Both the position numbers and the translations under genes were made by a program. DNA of 64,000 nucleotides. It comes from Felis catus (Eukaryota). The notes under the pieces were generated by a model that had not been told where the DNA came from, did not search any database, and saw only the letters and a program-made list of their open reading frames with translations. Where the stretch lies: assembly GCF_018350175.1 (NCBI RefSeq), contig NC_058380.1, forward strand, positions 33,976,001-34,040,000, read 5' to 3'. This document shows, one piece after another, positions 27,756 to 40,700 of this stretch. Within the stretch, counting starts at the first letter, position 1. Every line of letters begins with the position of its first letter.

Positions 27756-28152
27756 AAACATCTCCATTTCTAACAATAATATTTGCATGCTTAAATAATT
27801 TGAACATGTAAGAATTGATATACAGTCCCCTAATTATTCTTCCTGTCTCCATTTTCTTTTTTTTTCCATTATGTACATGGATGACAGATTAATTTCCTAA
27901 GAAACCACCACGTAAGTGTGCTCTGTATTTTCATCATACTTTGAAGAACTTTGGGCATAGGACTGATTATATTTTATTATAATTTTGCACTGACAGGCCT
28001 GTTCAATGAGAAAGTACAGTACTTGATGGTAGGTATGATAGGAGCTTAACACTATTAATTTATAAATAAATACAAACAATTACTTCACTATAAAATCTTT
28101 CATTGGCTACGTAAAATTAGTGCAACCTTTCAGCTACCATTATTGAGCCCCT

Positions 28153-28158
<6 letters not shown>

Positions 28159-28184
<26 letters not shown>
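28159..28184. repeat. (AC)n microsatellite
   Basis: About 13 units. Confidence 0.95.
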
Positions 28185-28534
28185 CCTACAAGTATGTATT
28201 GAAATTCATACAAATATGCATACATATTCTCTAATTCTCATAGTAACACATTTTACACATGAGAAACTCATAGGGTTACATTATTATGCAAGGTTACAGC
28301 CATACCAAGTGTTCAAATCAGAATATAAATGTGTCTGAGTCCAAAGTCCATATTCTTTCCACCATCAATCCACCCCAGCCTTGCCAATGGTGTCTGGCAA
28401 TGAAAGCTCATTACAATTCTTGCCCCTGTTCATTGCCTGACTTCATTTCACCCAACTCCCCACCAGAAACAATTTGATCCATCACAACACGTGTACTTAG
28501 TGCTTCCCCCACCTCCAAATATACTTATACAAAC

Positions 28535-28662
28535 TTATCACCAGGATGCCTTGTTAAAATGCAGATTCTGATTCAGTATGTTTCGGATACTGCCTAAAAA
28601 TCTGCATTTCTAATAAGCTCCCAGGGATGCTAATGTTGCTATTCTGTAGTCCACACTTTGAA
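28535..28662 (+). mobile_element. MER5A-like hAT-Charlie fragment
   Basis: CTTGTTAAAATGCAGATTCTGATTCAGTA...TCTGCATTTCTAATAAGCTCCCAGG...CCACACTTTGA. Confidence 0.75.
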
Positions 28663-29756
28663 TGTAAAAGTCCAGAGCATCCTTGAAAGTGCCTTTGATC
28701 TTTCCTACCACAAAATACTCTTCACTCCTTTTCTTAGCTCCACTACTGGTACCACCTTTTCTTCAATACCTTGCCCAGTTTCTCATCTCACTCTGATCTT
28801 TACTAAATCCCAAAAGCATTCCATTAGTATTTCGAATTAGCAACTTGGTATTCTTTTTATTATTTTTGCATGTACACATTAATTTTGCCTTCTAGACTTC
28901 CTGGAAGTAAAGGTTTCTTATAAATTCTACATTCCTCCCAGAACTTAGCATAGTGCTTTCCTGTGGCAGTATGGTGGATAATTACTGGTTCCTCCTCCAA
29001 GCTCACAAGCCCCTTTCCATAGTAACTTCCTTTTTTTGAACTGAAGGAAGAAGCAAGATCTAAATAGGTGCACTGCTAGCAGCTATGTCCTCATGTTTGT
29101 CTCCACAACAAAATGAGTCAATTGGAGTTCAGAGTTTGTTCTCTTACATTTGGAATTTTACTGGAAAGAAAATTGTTGCCTCTTTAGGGGGACTCTCTGT
29201 TAATGAAAATATGATCAAAGGCCACATTTTCTATACATGGGTGGGAGAAACAAAAGAAGTTGGCACATGCAATGGGAAGAATGCAGTCAGTCCAGATAAA
29301 AAGTACAAATATAAAAATTTCAAAGAGGATGTTGGGTGATCTCCAAAATACCTTAGTTAGAGACAACAGTGTTTGAAGCATAGCTACATTTTTAGCATTT
29401 GGCTCTATAATAGACAATTTCTAAAAAATAAATTCATAATAAGTAGATAATTTATAATAAATAAAGCTAAGTCTTCTTTCCCCCCCTTAAGCAGACTGTA
29501 GGAGCTGTAGTGACTTACAATGAGTCTACTACAAATAGGATTTATGTCTATGATATTGATAATGGTAATGTCGACTGTGATGCCTGTCAAATGAATCTTA
29601 TACATTGGTTTATTTGCCATTTCAGGGGATGGTGAAATGAAGGCTGGAGGATGATGCTCTGTCATATATTATCCTAAACCAATAATGTTTCTTAAATTGA
29701 AGCCTTCAGAGCACCTGCATCAAAGTCCCCTGAAGTGCTCTTTTAAAATGGACATT

Positions 29757-30395
29757 CCCTGGGAGAAAATATTTGAAAATTATATATCTAATAAGGAGTC
29801 ACTATCCAAAGTGTACAAAGAACTCATGCAACTAAGTATCAAAAAACAAACAGGGGCGCCTGGGTGGCTCAGTTGGTAAAGCGTGCAACTTCAGCTCAGG
29901 TCATTGCATGTATATGCACTGGGTTATNNNNNNNNNNNNNNNNNNNNNNNNNNNNNNNNNNNNNNNNNNNNNNNNNNNNNNNNNNNNNNNNNNNNNNNNN
30001 NNNNNNNNNNNNNNNNNNNNNNNNNNNNNNNNNNNNNNNNNNNNNNNNNNNNNNNNNNNNNNNNNNNNNNNNNNNNNNNNNNNTAGAGAACAGGTGGGAG
30101 ATAGGGGAAAATGTTAAAGGTGGTTAAAAACTACAAATTTCTAGTTATAAATAGGTCCCAGAGGTGTAATATACAACATGATGACTATAGTTAACAATAT
30201 TTTATATTTGAAAGTTGCTAAAAGGTAGATCTTAAAAGTTCCTATAAGAAAAATGTAAGGTGATAGATGTTAACTCAACTAATTATGGTAATCATATTGT
30301 AATATATACATATATCAAATCATTATGTTGTATACTACAAATTAGTACAATGTTATATGTCAGTCACAACTCAATGAAACTTAAAAAAAAAATAA
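29757..30395 (+). mobile_element. L1 fragments (ORF2 piece and L1MA-type 3' end) with a SINE head at 29853-29903, interrupted by N-run 29928-30083
   Basis: TGGGAGAAAATATTTGAAAATTATATATCTAATAAGG (L1 ORF2-like); GAAAGTTGCTAAAAGGTAGATCTTAAAAGTT (L1 3'UTR); GGGGCGCCTGGGTGGCTCAG. Confidence 0.8.
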
Positions 30396-31409
30396 AACAG
30401 ACATCCCTGGTTATCATGGCTGACCTACTAAACCAGCATTTCTGGTGCTGGGACCAAGAATATGAATTTTAATTAGACTTCCAAAATTTTCACAGTCATT
30501 AGCTAAGACTTTGTCTGGTAAGATCTATACCTACTATTCTGTATCAGTCTACAGATTCACCAGCTAATGTGATGGCTTTGAGAGTGATACCAACTTTCAG
30601 GAGAACTTTATTCCCTGCATTCTATATGTCATCCTCAAATCATGGCTACTTAAGTTCAAGTAAAACTTTACAGTCTCATATCAGAAAGTGAAAACTGTAA
30701 GTATTTATAATTATTTTTAATATACAGTGCTCTTGCTACTAATTTCTCAGGTCCCTTCCTCCAGCTATCATTAAATCCAATGTCTGAGCCCAATTTTCTT
30801 TATAATAAAGGAAGTCTCTCACATGATATAAAAACACTGGGCCATAATCTAAACCTACTTCCTCCTATTCTGACCTCAGAATAAGTACAAACAGCTTCCA
30901 TGTCTTCAACCTCTGTTTCAGTGTTAGAGTCAGAGTAGCAAATTTTGTTTCATGCCTCTTGAGAAGTCTGAGTAATCATTAATTCATAGGGATTGTGCCA
31001 AAATAATTAGATGTTTGAAGGTAATGTGCCTTGTCTTTCTTTCATGTTCTTTACTATAAGCTAGTAAAAAAAATCTATTCAAATTTGTATGAAAGATAAC
31101 AAGTGAAATAATTTTTTTGTCATAATGTTGCTCTGTGGCCTAAAATATTACATAGAGGTCTTTATCCCATTATCACAGATGAATACAACACTTAACTATC
31201 TCCTTCATGGCTGTTAAGGCACAGTAGAGTCAATTCATGCCCAGGGAGCTTTAATCATAGACCATCGTCATGATAAATGGTGAAAAGTCAGTGTGGGCTA
31301 TCATGTCAACGGCTACTAGGGGAGTTTTTAATGGGAACATTGGCAGCATGCAGTTCATAACTACTTTCAAGGAGCACTTCTGATCTAATGGCTCAATGAG
31401 TATTATTAT

Positions 31410-31632
31410 TATTTTTTTTAATTTTTTTTTCAACGTTTATTTATTTTTGGGACAGAGAGAGACAGAGCATGAACGGGGGAGGGGCAGAGAGAGAGGGAGA
31501 CACAGAATCGGAAACAGGCTCCAGGCTCTGAGCCATCAGCCCAGAGCCCGACGCGGGGCTCGAACTCCCGGACCGCGAGATCGTGACCGGGCTGAAGTCG
31601 GACGCTTAACCGACTGCGCCACCCAGGCACCC
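31410..31632 (-). mobile_element. Young SINEC_Fc
   Basis: CpG-intact; perfect 18-bp TSD CTCAATGAGTATTATTAT at 31392-31409 and 31633-31650. Confidence 0.97.
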
Positions 31633-32055
31633 CTCAATGAGTATTATTATAGTATCTTTACATGTAGTATTTCTAGAGAAATTCCACTTTAAAGGAGGCT
31701 GGTTACTGTAGACCATGGATACAACTGAGATTGTTTGAGTGATGCAAATATTGCTAGTGGTTTAAAGCTGGAGGACCATGGGGCTACTGACACATTTTAT
31801 TGAGTCAGCATAGTAATTTAAAATAATCAAAAACTGAAGATTTGAAGACTTCAGAAAGTCCATGCAAATATCCAGATTACCACAGATCCCACTGCTCCAC
31901 ATTCTCTTACATGGAGCTTCTTCATGTAGTTAATATCCATGTAGTCACTAGAGCTTGGGGCCCCTCTTAGAAGTTCTCACTGAAAGGACAGAATCTTAGG
32001 ACTGGTAGGGACTGAGAGCTGTCTAGTCCAACAGCTGCATTTAAAGTTGATACAA

Positions 32056-32180
32056 TAAGCACTTGTGATGAGCTCCAGGTATTGTAGGTAAGTGATGAAT
32101 CGCTAAATTCTACACCTAAACCTAACAGTAAACTGTATGTTAGCTAAATGGAATTTAAATAAAATATTGAGAAAGAAAAG
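32056..32180 (+). mobile_element. Short carnivore L1 3' end
   Basis: AAGTGATGAATCGCTAAATTCTACACC...ACTGTATGTTAGCTAA...AATAAA; AGTTGATACAA repeated at both flanks. Confidence 0.8.
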
Positions 32181-33112
32181 AGTTGATACAACAGAAACCA
32201 AGAGAGATAACAGGGATGTGTTTTAAGATTCCCATTGGGTAAATCAGTAGAAACTCTTCATGGTGGTATTTGGACTGCTCAGGCACCCAACAGTCTGTTG
32301 TTATTTGGCACAATAAGGCTTGAGTTGTACTTTTTAATCTTATGCTAAGTCAAACTTGGCCTAAAAGAATAATGATGGTTCAGTTATCAATTCATGAGTT
32401 GGTTTCAGTATGAGTCCCTGTCGCTGGGGAATATCAGAAAATTCAATTTTAAAACTTTCTGCTTGATAAATACCACAATATCCAAATACACACAAATATA
32501 CAAAGACTTTTCATTCACTTTCATCAAGCATTCACACAGAATCTATAAGGATTCTGAAATTTTAAGATACTATTCAGTTCACCATTGTTTCAAAAATAGG
32601 CAATATTCCAGGAACATATGGCTATCTTAATATTAACTCTAGCATTATTTTAAGGCTGAAGGGTAAAATCATGTACACATACATGGACATGGACATGAAC
32701 ATGGACATAATTAAAGGGTTTTCAGGCCATGGAAAACTAAGTGTATGGAAAAATATCAACTTACTCCCTGTCATCATGCGTTTTCAGGGAGGCCTCTGGC
32801 CATGAATCAATATATTTGGCACCTATCTGATATACGAGGAAGCTTATCAATACAATATAGTATATGAACTTAAAACCAGAAAAGAAAAATCAACCTCATT
32901 AACACCGAATATAAACACCTTTTAAAAGGGCAACTACTATATTGATTGTACAGACACTTTTCAGTCGCCTATTTGTTATCAACTTTTATATCCTATTTGG
33001 AGTCATATTTAAAAGAAAAAGCACTGATGAAGTTATTTTTTTAACAATATGGTCAAAAAGAAAAGGGGGGCAATTCTTGAAATTATTGTCAAGTATAAAC
33101 ACACTGAAATAC

Positions 33113-33210
33113 CTCATATTCCTGGGAAAACTTCAAGTTGTCATTTGCTTTCAACCTTTCAATGTGATCTGCAAGTTCCAAGATAGGAATTGGAGGATGG
33201 CTAGCCATAC
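33113..33210 (-). CDS. PTPRD: PTPRD wedge-region exon, 98 nt: (G)[32 protein letters not shown]
   Basis: Fully visible; acceptor TTCTTCTTTCCTTTTAATAG, donor GAG|GTATTT; its phase-1 start matches the upstream exon. Not called by the ORF track. Confidence 0.98.
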
Positions 33211-36200
33211 CTATTAAAAGGAAAGAAGAAACACATTTGAAAACAAATGAAAACGATGCTAACTATTCCAAAATATAGAGAATACTATAGTTAGAAATGG
33301 CCTGAAGACATGTGAGTAGTAAAGATGTTTAATGTGAGNNNNNNNNNNNNNNNNNNNNNNNNNNNNNNNNNNNNNNNNNNNNNNNNNNNNNNNNNNNNNN
33401 NNNNNNNNNNNNNNNNNNNNNNNNNNNNNNNNNNNNNNNNNNNNNNNNNNNNNNNNNNNNNNNNNNNNNNNNNNNNNNNNNNNNNNAGCTAGCGGAGAAA
33501 ACTGACAGTCAGGCTTGATGTCAACTTCTGCTTTGAGTAATGACTGTTATGTCATTTCAAACTCCTTCTCCTGCACTGTATGAAATGGAAATCGTGTGGA
33601 ATTAAATGGTNNNNNNNNNNNNNNNNNNNNNNNNNNNNNNNNNNNNNNNNNNNNNNNNNNNNNNNNNNNNNNNNNNNNNNNNNNNNNNNNNNNNNNNNNN
33701 NNNNNNNNNNNNNNNNNNNNNNNNNNNNNNNNNNNNNNNNNNNNNNNNNNNNNNNNNNNNNNNNNNNNNNNNNNNNNNNNNNAAAATAAAATAGAACGGA
33801 TTTGTTAAAAAAAATGAAATGGATAGTCTGATATACTTTTGTAAAGGACTGATAAAAACACTACATGTTTTTACAGGATTCACTATACATTGTGACTTGA
33901 TTAAGATCGCTTTAATAGTTCACATACCTGAAGGTGATTGACATTCACATGCAAACATGGGCACAAAGAATGGCATGCACCACAGTTCATAGACGATAAT
34001 CACTGATGACAAAATCAGACACCAAACTGAGTTTCAAAAATGTTTCCACTAGTAGCAGATTGTAGAGGTTGGGGCCGTGGCCTTCACCTGGACATTTATA
34101 AATGGCCACACACTAACAGCTTTATGGTATTTGCCCCAGGTCCCCAAGTTTCAACTCCCAGCAAACCTACAATCTACTTCAGGTGTAAACATCTTTGTCC
34201 ATGAATGGGAAATGAATGCAAGAGAGTGAGCAAATGGTCAAAGGACAAGGAGTGAAAGAGGATGGAAAAAGAAAGAAAGCAGTGACAGGGGCGGCACGTC
34301 TTAGTTCCGTCTGCCAGCTGAAGTGAGATTAGTTTCACAGATTCCGTTAAAAATAATCTATCACTAATTTGGTGATTCCTGGGTCTTTCCAATGTTTTCT
34401 CGCTTTTCATGTGATTTACATTTTATTTCTTTGTGATGAATTTTTTATAAGTACCATGAGAGAGCATCGCTGACTCATGTCTTATGGATACAAATTCCAG
34501 CTGGCTAGAAAAACTTGAACTAGCATGCCCCCAGGGAAGCCTCTGAAACTGAAAAGGAATGGGGGAGGAGCTCAAACTGGAGGCCATGTTGACATTCTGC
34601 TGTCCTGAGACTCTCTGGAAGGTGTTAGGCTATGGAATGGTGACCATTAAGTCAACATGACATGTGATTACTTTATGGGCAGTTTAGGAATTGTGCCATT
34701 ACTGAAAGCCACCCAGTAAGTTCCTGTATCTCAAATGCCAAATTATCAATACTTCTGGTAAGTAAAAAACTATTTTGCTTCTTCTAGACAATTTCATCAT
34801 TTTTGCACAGTGCTATGATAGGTGGTGTTTTAGCATTTATGGCTTCCAGTCAACTAAAATCTTGGTGGAAGATCCAATAAAAATGAGTTGGCTTAGAAGT
34901 AGAAATTCTTTGTTGCTGATATAATTGTGTATTTGGATCAAAAAGTTGGAGGCCATTTCTGGAACTTTTCCAAATAGATGGTAGAATTGAACTAATTTAC
35001 ATTTTGTAGAGGGAGGAGATGTGTGACAGTGGTCTAATAAAGTGATCTTATCCAGATGAGGCACCCCCAATGACAAGAATGGAAATGCAAAGGCACAAGA
35101 GACTCTAGGCTTATCTGGAAATGGAAATGGAATGATGTGGACATCCATTACAGTGCTTCAANNNNNNNNNNNNNNNNNNNNNNNNNNNNNNNNNNNNNNN
35201 NNNNNNNNNNNNNNNNNNNNNNNNNNNNNNNNNNNNNNNNNNNNNNNNNNNNNNNNNNNNNNNNNNNNNNNNNNNNNNNNNNNNNNNNNNNNNNNNNNNN
35301 NNNNNNNNNNNNNNNNNNNNNNNNNNNNNNNNNNNNNNNNNNNNNNNNNNNNNNNNNNNNNNNNNNNNNNNNNNNNNNNNNNNNNNNNNNNNNNNNNNNN
35401 NNNNNNNNNNNNNNNNNNNNNNTTATACAGAAATGCAAGTAAGCCTGTACTGACTCATCACCTTCTAAATCAGGACGTATATATAATATACAGATACCTT
35501 AGCATTCAAGAACTATCATTTAAGACACATAAGTATGTGTTATGTTGCACCAAAATTCTTGACAAGTAAAAACGCCAGAATGGATGTTTCAACAGGAAGG
35601 GGAGGAGAACGTGTAGGACTCTGATGGTATAGGAGAAGACATCCTAGACTAGAATATGGGTAGGAGTTCTCTTTCTGGTTTTGCCATCTCCTAATAGAGA
35701 CAAATCACTCATTATCAAGAACCTCATTTTTTTTTATCTGTAAAATAAAACCGCAGAGCTAGGTAAATTCTGGAGTCACTTCCTTCTTTATAACTACCAC
35801 TTGTACCTCATGTAGATAGGATTTCTAAACATATGGAACAGAGAAGGGTCTCTTCTACACAGTTCACAGGCAAAGGTTCTAAAAGTTCTTGTAACTTCTC
35901 TTTGAGATCTAAGGAACATTTACTTCTACAAAACAGAAAATGCATGCAATTGAATTGTCTACTTTTTGAATTATTTAAATTCAATACCATTTTCTTTAGC
36001 TAACCAAAAAGTATGATGCTATGTTATGTATTTGAAACAAATAAACAGCATCATAAAAATTATGCTATGTAATAAATCAAGGATGAAATTCCTCTAACAT
36101 GAAACTCCAGCTCATACCAGGAAAGAATCACCAAGGATCTTGATTCCCTCCCAAACTTTTCCATTGTCCATCATGGAAACAATTTAATATGATATAATCA

Positions 36201-38249
36201 AGCATGTTAGAGTCTGAATAGATAAGCAGACACCAAGAAAACTGTGATGTTGACCTCACTATAGTATCTTTTCAATCTTTTGTTTGGGCAACATGGGTAT
36301 TTCTCACAGTCTACAAACCAATATTTTATTAGAAAAGAATTTTTACATTAGCATCATTTGAGGTGCTTTAAAATTCCTTTTTTCCAGGCTACACACCAGA
36401 CCAATTAAGTCAGAATCTCTGTGGGTGTGAACCAGGTGTTGATCTTTTTAAAGCTCTGAAGCCATGGCTCCCAGTCCAATGGAAATTATCTTGTTGGGGG
36501 GGGGGGGGCGCTGTAACTCCATGTATTCATTTTTTTCCACTCAAAAATTTTATTGGAGTTTACAAGAATGCAATATGCTTTTTTTCAGTAATACCTTGAA
36601 TTTGCTCTGATTCTCTATTGAGCATGCTTTAATACTTTAGCTATTATTAGTAGCAAAGAACTTGAATTGCAGCTCACAGCTGATAAGGACTTGCCAGGGT
36701 CATGACCTTATCAGTTCAAAGCTACAAATGCACAACATAAGTGCACTTTAAAGGCACACGTTGAAACTGAACAGTGTTCTCATTCTGGAGCCATAATATC
36801 CACAATATACTCTGTCAGCATGAAAAATGGATGTAGTCACTGAAATTTGCCTTAGGTTGGAGGAAAAGCCATGATGGCTAATTTTTATAGGATACATATT
36901 TGTGATAGTAATGTCATGAGGGCTTCCTTATAAGAACTGGAACTTTAAAACCATGGCATTTTAAGCTGAGAGGTACTTTAGAGATCACTTAAGCCCAGCA
37001 TTTTCATTTTACACAAGAAGACTCTGAAGTCCAGAAAAGATAAATGACTTCATGCATTAGTCCATCTAGTAAATAAAATCTTAAGTGGTTTTGGCATCTT
37101 ACTACTGTATTAATTCTGGAATGGCAGTTACAATCTTCTCAAGCAGGGCGCAAAGTCTTCAGGGGCTGAAGGGGACAGATTGGTAAGGTAAATGACTGAA
37201 GATGACAAGGTAGGGCATAGCAAACACCTTCACAAACAAATGCACTCATACTCATTTCCTTGCAGCAAGCAGCCTTCTATGACTGTCTTTCATTTCCTTA
37301 CTTTCAAAGGAGGCTCTAGAAAAGAATATTTTTCTATTATATGCAAAATAAAAATATGCATGAGATGAATGGCAACTGACATTCAGTCTCAATGTCAGGG
37401 TCATGTTTAGGGCTGGTGTAGATTGTGGAGAACTTGTACAAGGGTCAAACTATTCAGCTCTAGTCGATATCTTCCAGGGAGAATTGCAGAGCCATGAGGT
37501 AAGATTTTTCAGGTTTTTAGTAGCAACTGCAAACACAGATTATGATATGTTTTCATTGTTGCCTCAAAATTTTGCTGAAACCCAGTGGGAGTCAAAGACA
37601 GGACCTCTGCAGGCCACATTTGGCTAACTAAATTGTGACCTCTGTTTTAAAACAGCAAAATGTTCCTTTCTCGTGTAAATTAAAATCCAAGTAGGTTGAG
37701 AGTAACATCATGCTTGTATCCACAAGACCATGGGCTAGACATCAGGTGTGTATGGTGGGGTGTGACAATGTATACTTCCTGCATGGGTCACCCCTTGGGA
37801 GTTCATTTATTTCTTCTTCCTTTCCATATTAATTTTATCAGTTAGGAAAATGACTTCACAAGGTCATCACTATTAGTAAAACTAAGGCTACGTGGAGGAT
37901 TTGATCCTAGACCTTGTCACTTCTCATTTAGGACATTTTTCATTATGCCATACTGTCTCTTATACCACTTAACATCCTGAAGGAGTGGTGCCATGTACAT
38001 AAATATGGGTCTGTGAGAATGTTTGAGCTATTTATGTCCTGACACAGAGATCTCAAGCATCCTCAGTTTATAGAAAATGTGTCAATAATAGCTTCATTTA
38101 AAGATATGCCCCATGGTGGGGAAGAGGTAAAAGGCACTCCTACACACACCTGTATTTTCCAGTCACCTCTTGTCAAAATGTTGTGGGTTTCCATGAGAAC
38201 CGGAACTAAAAATATACTAACTGTATACATTCAAAATGTTAAAACTGTA

Positions 38250-38460
38250 GGGGCCCCTGGGTGGCTCAGTCGGTTAAACGTCTGACTCTTGACTCCAGCT
38301 TAGGTCATGATCTCATGGTCATGAGTTTGAGTCCCACATGGAGCTCTGTGCTAACCGTGTGACTCTGGGATTCTGTCTCTCCCTCTCTGTTCTTCCCTTG
38401 CTTGTGCTCTTTCTCTCTGTCTCTCTCTCAAAATAAATAAATACATTTTAAAAAGTGTTA
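38250..38460 (+). mobile_element. SINEC element
   Basis: TSD AAAACTGTAG at 38241-38250 and 38462-38471. Confidence 0.92.
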
Positions 38461-40480
38461 AAAAACTGTAGTAGTATTTGGCAGATTTCTTCAAAAGCTC
38501 AATTTACAATGCTTTTGCCTTCTAAAAGTTGTTTTATTTTGCTAAGTAATCTAATCAATAATATCTTCAAATAACTTTATCTAGAGAGAGATGTTACCAA
38601 ATACTTGCCTTATTTTTAAATTTTTAAAAATCTTGCATCTAATACCAATAGCCACTGTATAATTATTTTGCTAAGTAATGATTTTGAGGTCACTAATGAT
38701 GGTGAACATCTTTTAGATGATTTTTTTTTTTATGTTAGGATATATGTGTGATGATTCAATACTACTCTCTTCATGGTTTTCCTTTCCAAAAAACTGTGAT
38801 GAAGTGTGGAGAACAATTTGTGGTCATGGAACAGGGAGAAAATAATTTGTTCATCAAATCAGTGATGCATCTGTGTCAAAAATGTAGTTCACTAAGTTAA
38901 CAGTCACAGGGAGAAAATTAGTTTGTAAAATAATGGTCAGATTTTAACATAATTTATGTACTTTTTAGAGTACTCTGAATGATATACAAATACTCTATGT
39001 TTACAATTTGTCTCACAAATGAATAATGAATTAAAGGCAAAAGAGAACACTGATTTATAAGATATAATTGCTATGTGGAAGGACAGTAATGAGAATTTGA
39101 CTTAATCCATGACTAGGATCATCATTAAGGGAAAGGTGTTCCAAGAGTGCTTTTTCAGGTAAGCAGTGGAGAGCATAAATAAAATTCATTTTTACATAGG
39201 TTTCTCAAAATGGAGAATTTGAACAAACCGTATTTCTTTATATCAAAAATGTACTATTTCTATGCAACGAACCATAGTTTTTGAGGTATAACATACAAAG
39301 AACACACATGGTGTTCTTAAGCAAGGTCATATATGTAAGTTTCTTATGGTACAAAATATGAAGATAAATATATGTATAAAAATGGATCTTGTTAGCATTG
39401 ATCCAATTAATAGCACTAATGGATCAGAAGAGATGCCTCAGAAGCTTTTACAGCCCATTCAGCTGCTGTGCAGACATTTCTGCTGCTGATACTGCTATTT
39501 CTGATACGGTAACTTTTTACCAGTTTGGTTTTGTTTTTCACAGCCCATCAATCACCTACCATCCATGTATGCTTTAGGGAAAAACATATTAAGGTCATCC
39601 TCAGAATGAAAATGAGGCTCTTATGTTGTACATCTGATCATCAATTTTTAAATTTCTTTTCTTAAAAGGTGCAAGTACACATTCTAGAAGTTTTTGTTGT
39701 TGTTTGAAGTTTATTTATTTATTTATTTTTTTTGTGGGGGGTTTGCAGAGAGAGGCATGTGAGAAGGAGTACAGATACTGGAAGAATGAAATTCGCAGGA
39801 AAAAATGAAGAAAATTTCTGATGGAAACTGACAAATCAATGAAAGGGCACAGGGAGGAAGAATTTTACAGGCACAGGGAAAGGTGGTGGCTGGTATACAA
39901 TATGAGGCCATTAGCTGTGTGTTCTCATACAACTTTTTTTTTTTTGTACTAGAAAGAAGGCTTATTTCTCTCAGATGCTGAAATTCTAAATTTGCTTTGT
40001 TGAGGAAAAAGTAGATATATGAACACATATCAGTAGCTTCTTTGGTTTTCTTATTCATCACCATCTTGGGATGATATTATATTTATTTTCATCATTCTGT
40101 TCAATGCTGCAGGCTGTGGCTCAGAGCGGCTGCTACACTGCAAGTAAAGGCTTTTTTACAATATTTCAGAAAACTCTGTAATTGGCAGTCTCTATGAAAA
40201 TAGTAAATGTGCCTACCCTAGGACCCTGTAATCGCCATTTCCAGGTGTCTAACATTTGGAGGTAGCAACAAAGAGGTGAAAAGATGCGGGCTCAGTACTG
40301 CTCACTGCAGTATCATTTGCAAGAGTAAAACATGGAAAATAGCTCCCATTAATAAGGAATGAGCCACTACATTTTGTGTCATCTGTAGAACAGAATAACA
40401 TCAATACCATTGGCTGCTAAGGAGATAAAATCTAACACACTAACTTGGGAAAAGGTTTATGTTTATACAGTTAAATTTTA

Positions 40481-40700
40481 TTTTTATTTTATTTTTAATT
40501 TTTTTAACGTTTATTTATTTTTGAGACAGAGAGAGACAGAGCATGAACGAGGGAGGGGCAGAGAGAGAGGGAGACACAGAATCGGAAGCAGACTCCAGGC
40601 TCTGAGCCATCAGCCCAGAGCCTGACGCGGGGCTCGAACTCACGGACCGCGAGATCGTGACCTGAGCTGAAGTCGGACGCTTAAGCCACCCCGGCGCCCC
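40481..40700 (-). mobile_element. Young SINEC_Fc
   Basis: CpG-rich; perfect TSD TACAGTTAAATTTTA at 40466-40480 and 40701-40715; short deletion in the head. Confidence 0.96.
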
